Shown piece after piece: positions 58,844 to 64,000 of a stretch of 64,000 bases of DNA. The notes beneath the pieces are model-generated. The model worked only from the letters and a program-made list of their open reading frames with translations, was not told the DNA's origin and did no database searches. Source of the stretch: Gemmatimonadales bacterium (lineage in GTDB: Bacteria; Gemmatimonadota; Gemmatimonadetes; Gemmatimonadales; JACORV01); the NCBI GenBank assembly GCA_035623755.1, contig DASPSV010000012.1, positions 3,641-67,640 of the forward strand, written 5' to 3'. The translations under genes and the position numbers were made by a program. The first letter of the stretch is position 1; the number at the start of each line of letters is the position of its first letter.

Positions 58844-59500
58844 GTGTCGGTCCGGGAGGCGGTCGTCCGCCACTGGCCGCTCAAGCTGGCGGCGCTCGCC
58901 CTCTCGGTGATCCTGTGGGTGGTGGTCGCGCTCGAGGAGCCGGCCACCCACCTCGAGGACGTCCAGCTCGAGCTCACGCTCGCCCCCACCACGGCCCTGG
59001 CGCAGCCGCTGCCGCCCGTCCAGGCGCTGATCGCCGGCCCCCGGGGCGAGTTCCTCAAGCTCGGCCCCGCGGCGCTCGTGATCCGGGCGTCCATCCCCGA
59101 CTCCGTGGTCGGCAGCCACCACCGTTTCGCGATCTCGCCGGGCGACGTGGAGCTGCCGCGCAACGTGAAGGTGTCGGTGCGGGAGGTGCTGCCCCGCGAG
59201 ATCGACCTGGTCCTCGACCGCCGCGCCCGCCGCACCGTCCCGGTGGCCGTCCGCGCGATCGTGGAGCCGGAGTCGGGCTACGCGCTCGAGGGGCCGGTGA
59301 CCGCGGTCCCGCCCGCCGTGCAGGTCAGCGGAGCCCGCTCCCTGCTGGGCGCGCTCGACTCGATCGCGACCGAGGCGCTCGAGCTCAAGGGCGTCTCCGG
59401 CGTCTTCGAGCGCACCGTGCGGCTCGACACGGCCGGGCACGCCGTGCTGCAGATCGTCCCCGCCGCCGTCACGCTCTCCGGCAAGACCAAGAAGACGTGA
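58844..59500 (+). CDS. YbbR-domain protein (CdaR-like)
   Basis: WPLKLAALALSVILWVVV is the anchor. Repeated YbbR-like beta-rich segments follow. GTG start 1 nt after the upstream stop. Confidence 0.6.
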   Translation: MSVREAVVRHWPLKLAALALSVILWVVVALEEPATHLEDVQLELTLAPTTALAQPLPPVQALIAGPRGEFLKLGPAALVIRASIPDSVVGSHHRFAISPGDVELPRNVKVSVREVLPREIDLVLDRRARRTVPVAVRAIVEPESGYALEGPVTAVPPAVQVSGARSLLGALDSIATEALELKGVSGVFERTVRLDTAGHAVLQIVPAAVTLSGKTKKT

Positions 59501-60528
59501 GGGTCCTCGGCATCGAGACCTCGTGCGACGAGACGTCCGCCGCCGTGGTCGCCGACGCCGGCGGCGCGGCGCGGGCACTCTCGTGCGTCATCCTCTCGCA
59601 GGACGTCCACGCCGTCTACCACGGGGTGGTGCCGGAGCTGGCCTCGCGCGCCCACCTCGTGGCGATCGGGCCGGTCGTGGACCGCGCGCTCAAGGACGCC
59701 GGGACGGCGCTCGCCGACGTGGACCTGATCGCGGTCACCGAGGGGCCGGGCCTGATCGGCGCGCTCCTGGTGGGCGTGAGCTACGCGAAGGGCCTGAGCC
59801 TCGCCGCCCGCCGGCCGCTGGTGGGCGTCCACCACCTCGAGGCCCACCTGTTCGGCACCTCGCTCGACGACCCGGCCGCCGCCCCGCCGTTCGTCGCGCT
59901 CATCGTCTCCGGCGGCCACTCGCTGCTGCTGGACGTCCCCGCCTGGGGCGACTACCGGCTGCTCGGGGAAACCCGCGACGACGCCGTCGGCGAGGCCTTC
60001 GACAAGGTGGGCGCCCTGCTCGAGCTGGGGTACCCGGGCGGACCCGCCGTCGAGAAGGCGGCGCGCGCCGGCGACCCCGCCCGCTACCGCTTCCCGCGGC
60101 CCATGCTGCACGCGAAGCAGCGCCCGGGCGACCCCGACTATTTCGACCTGTCGATGAGCGGGCTCAAGACCGCGGTGATCCACGCGGTGAAGGCCTCGAG
60201 CGATCCGGCCGCCGACCGGCCGCACCTCGCGCGCGGCTTCCAGGACGCCGTCCTCGAGGTGCTGGTCACGAAGACCGTGCGGGCGGTGGAGGCCTGCGGG
60301 CGCCGCCGGGTAGTGCTCGGCGGCGGCGTAGCCTGCAACCGCGCCCTGCGCGAGGCCATGGGCGCCGCGCTCGCCGCCCGGGGCTGCACGCTCCACGCGC
60401 CCTCGCCGCGGCTCTCGACCGACAACGCCGCAATGATCGCCCGCGCGGGGCTGTTCCGCGCCGCCGACGCCGGCCGGCCCATCGACGCCGCGGCGCGGCT
60501 CCCCTTTCCCGGTCTGGTGCGAGCATGA
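59497..60528 (+). CDS. tsaD: tRNA N6-adenosine threonylcarbamoyltransferase
   Basis: The GTG overlaps the previous stop. VLGIETSCDETS, HHLEAH, SGGHS, GGVACN. Confidence 0.92.
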   Translation: MRVLGIETSCDETSAAVVADAGGAARALSCVILSQDVHAVYHGVVPELASRAHLVAIGPVVDRALKDAGTALADVDLIAVTEGPGLIGALLVGVSYAKGLSLAARRPLVGVHHLEAHLFGTSLDDPAAAPPFVALIVSGGHSLLLDVPAWGDYRLLGETRDDAVGEAFDKVGALLELGYPGGPAVEKAARAGDPARYRFPRPMLHAKQRPGDPDYFDLSMSGLKTAVIHAVKASSDPAADRPHLARGFQDAVLEVLVTKTVRAVEACGRRRVVLGGGVACNRALREAMGAALAARGCTLHAPSPRLSTDNAAMIARAGLFRAADAGRPIDAAARLPFPGLVRA

Positions 60529-61352
60529 CGATCTACCCGCTGCTCATTCACATCGGCCGCTTCACCGTCACCGGCTACGGCATCATGATGATGGTGGGCT
60601 TCCTCGTCGCCGGCTGGATCTACGCCCGCGAGCTCCGGCGCCGCGGCTTCGATTCCGCCATCGCGTGGGACACCGTCGTCATCGCGGTGGCCGGCGGCCT
60701 GGTGGGCTCCAAGATCTACTTCGCCATCGCGGTCGGGCGCATCGGCGCGGTGTTCTCGCGCGGCGGCCTGGTCTGGTACGGCGGCCTCGCCGGCGGCACG
60801 GTCGCCGTGCTGGCCTACATGTGGCTGCGCAAGCTGCCGGTCCGCACGCTGCTCGACACCATCGCGCCCTCGCTCGTTGTCGGCTATCTGCTGGGCCGGG
60901 TCGGATGCTTCATGGTGAACGACGACTACGGCCTGCCGTCGCGCCTGCCGTGGGCCGTCGCCTTCCCCCAGGGCTCGCCGCCGACGACCGCCGCCGTGCT
61001 CCAGCAGCAGTTCCACGCGGCCGTCCCGGCGGGCACGCCCCCGGGCCAGCTGCTCACCGTGCACCCCACGCAGCTCTACGAGATCGCGCTCAGCTTCCTG
61101 GTCTTCTGGCTGCTGTGGCGCTGGCGGGAGCACCGGCACGCGAGCGGATGGCTGTTCGGCGCCTACCTCGTGCTCACGGCCTCGGAGCGCATCGTCGCCG
61201 AGATCTTCCGCGCCAAGGACGACCGCGTGCTCGGCGCGATCACCGTCGCGCAGATGCTGGCGGCCGGGCTCGTCGTGATCGGCGTGGTATTGATGCGGCG
61301 ACTGGCCACGCCGGAGCCTGCGGTGCAGGCGGCGAACCGTCCAGTCTCTTGA
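60525..61352 (+). CDS. lgt: prolipoprotein diacylglyceryl transferase
   Basis: The ATG overlaps the tsaD stop. YGIMMMVGF, GRVGCFMVNDDYG, HPTQLYE. Confidence 0.9.
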   Translation: MTIYPLLIHIGRFTVTGYGIMMMVGFLVAGWIYARELRRRGFDSAIAWDTVVIAVAGGLVGSKIYFAIAVGRIGAVFSRGGLVWYGGLAGGTVAVLAYMWLRKLPVRTLLDTIAPSLVVGYLLGRVGCFMVNDDYGLPSRLPWAVAFPQGSPPTTAAVLQQQFHAAVPAGTPPGQLLTVHPTQLYEIALSFLVFWLLWRWREHRHASGWLFGAYLVLTASERIVAEIFRAKDDRVLGAITVAQMLAAGLVVIGVVLMRRLATPEPAVQAANRPVS

Positions 61353-61548
61353 CAGGTGTAGCGAAGTTCGACAGGCGAAACCGGTATCCGCGGAGGTTGC
61401 CACAGGGGGGCTGACTACCCCAAACGAAGGAGCTCCAATCGCTTACGCAATAATGGGACCGGAGGCACAGCCTATGCTTGTACAAGCGATAGCAGTACTT
61501 CCGGTGGCGATGGAGTTCCTGAGGGGGGCGTCGCCCCGGTATCCACGG
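61353..61548 (+). other. lower-GC structured intergenic region, possible small non-coding RNA or element remnant
   Basis: About 200 nt between convergent genes, visibly less GC-rich than its surroundings. It contains the palindromes GGAGCTCC and GCTTGTACAAGC and the hairpins GGGG-ctgacta-CCCC and GGGG-cgtcg-CCCC. The direct repeats CCGGTATCCGCGG (61381) and CCGGTATCCACGG (61536) flank it, and a strong terminator hairpin ends it. The family was not recognised. Confidence 0.25.
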
Positions 61549-61567
61549 TAGCCTGCCGAACGGCAGG

Positions 61568-61578
<11 letters not shown>
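61549..61578. terminator. rho-independent terminator hairpin (bidirectional position)
   Basis: TAGCCTGCC-gaac-GGCAGGCTA (9-bp stem) followed by TCGTGTTT. It overlaps the stop of the minus-strand FTR1 gene. Confidence 0.6.
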
Positions 61579-63412
<1,834 letters not shown>

Positions 63413-63480
63413 GTGAGACTCAATCTCAGGCTAGAGGACTCCGCAACGTAGCGGCGCCCCGCGGGCCGTGCAACTCGACC

Positions 63481-63861
63481 CTACTCGAGGATGACGACGG
63501 CGGCGGCAACGCCGCCGGCGTGGGTCAGCGAGAGATGGCAGCGCGTCACGCCCAGGTCCTGCATGCGGCGCTCCGCCGCGCCGTGGAAGACGAGGTCGGG
63601 CCGGCCGTCGGGGCCGCGGCGCACCTCGAGGTCCTGCCAGCCGATGCCGCTCGCGCCGAAGTCGCCGGACAGCGCCTTGTACGCGGCCTCCTTGGCGGCG
63701 ATCCGGGCCGCCAGGTGCAGCGACGCCTGGCTGTAGTCGGCCGCGCGCTGACGCTCGGCCGGCGTGAACAGCCGGCGCATCGCGCGCTCGCCGTGCCGGG
63801 CGATGAGCGCCTCCACGCGGGAGGCCGGCACGAGATCGATGCCTACGCCCAGGACGGCCAC
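63481..63861 (-). CDS. acpS: holo-[acyl-carrier-protein] synthase
   Basis: VLGVGIDLV..., FTPAERQ, AAKEAAYKAL, SLTHAGG. Confidence 0.88.
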   Translation of the reverse strand: MAVLGVGIDLVPASRVEALIARHGERAMRRLFTPAERQRAADYSQASLHLAARIAAKEAAYKALSGDFGASGIGWQDLEVRRGPDGRPDLVFHGAAERRMQDLGVTRCHLSLTHAGGVAAAVVILE

Positions 63862-63904
63862 GGGGCTCCCTTCCCGGCTTCCGGGCGCCGGCGCCCGGGC
63901 GCGC

Positions 63905-64000
63905 TCACGGCGCCCACGGGGGCCACTGCGGCTTTTCGCCGCCGAGAGCGGCGAGGCTCAAGACCGGCGCGGTGCCCGTGCGGTGCTCGAACCGCGCGCC
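63905..64000 (-). CDS. 3' end of an unidentified gene (5' part outside window)
   Basis: The minus strand reads in frame to the window edge: GARFEHRTGTAPVLSLAALGGEKPQWPPWAP*. Third codon positions are strongly G/C-biased. The product was not recognised. Confidence 0.35.
   Translation of the reverse strand, partial: GARFEHRTGTAPVLSLAALGGEKPQWPPWAP

Noticed and set aside
61358-61460. tmRNA-like features: GTTCGACAGGCGAAACC resembles the 5' region of tmRNA (…UUCGACGGG…GCGAAACC…), and a nearby GGGGGCTGA and a short reading frame end in TAA.
   Set aside because: - There is no T-arm (GGTTCGAATCC-like) or CCA-proximal acceptor strand.
- No 5' GGGG acceptor pairing is present.
- The candidate tag frames do not end in the usual hydrophobic (Y/L)AA-type tail.
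- Only about 200 nt are available, versus about 350 nt for a tmRNA.
61453-61551. 32-codon ORF (MGPEAQPMLVQAIAVLPVAMEFLRGASPRYPR) in the lgt-FTR1 spacer.
   Set aside because: No properly spaced Shine-Dalgarno sequence is present (AAGGAG lies about 20 nt upstream). Third-position composition is unlike the surrounding genes, and no motif was recognised.

Overview
The window is 64 kb of very GC-rich chromosomal DNA from a Gram-negative (diderm) bacterium. Diderm status is supported by Omp85-type, LpxL-type, MsbA-type and Lgt genes. The gene content (a PorX-like REC-PglZ regulator, several sigma-54 systems) fits a Gemmatimonadota-like lineage, but that is inference only. I found no rRNA, tRNA, CRISPR array, transposase or prophage.

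Most of the long Arg/Gly/Pro/Ala-rich ORFs in the six-frame track are antisense or off-frame shadows of about 65 real genes. I recognised the real genes from conserved motifs.

Layout:
- 1-6050: housekeeping genes (tdh-kbl, an OMP, an MPG glycosylase, a NYN/OST-HTH protein, an acyl-CoA synthetase).
- 6348-11552: a sigma-54 two-component system followed by envelope genes.
- 11549-14611: small accessory genes (a CYCxC protein, panD, a Ser/Thr kinase, a GATase, a Met/His-rich Spy-like protein).
- 14891-28256: a respiratory island, which is the standout region. It holds a sigma-54-promoted four-gene cluster: a lipoprotein multihaem cytochrome, a NapC/NirT-type 20-haem cytochrome, a cysteine-free predicted beta-barrel and a 16-haem cytochrome. 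It looks like a porin-cytochrome transmembrane electron conduit. A MITE-like palindromic repeat separates it from a convergent, also sigma-54-promoted, non-canonical Rieske/cytochrome b operon (monohaem c, pentahaem c, DOMON membrane protein, Rieske, cytochrome b). A divergent PAS-kinase/sigma-54 activator pair follows.
- 28411-47941: mixed genes (an HNH endonuclease, argR-argG-SDR-argH, an amidohydrolase, PBP1A, tyrS, an aminotransferase, a patatin-ferredoxin fusion, a PorX-like/MsbA/GT4/LpxL operon, a DnaB C-terminal-domain-only ATPase).
- 48444-61352: an 18-gene co-directional housekeeping array (yebC-ruvCAB-queA-tgt-yajC-def-fmt-thiES-thiG-...-rpe-...-tsaD-lgt) with many 4-nt start/stop overlaps.
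- 61353-64000: a lower-GC structured intergenic region, then a cytochrome c-FTR1 iron permease fusion, acpS and a gene fragment.

All functional calls rest on motifs read by eye from the translations. No database search was run.
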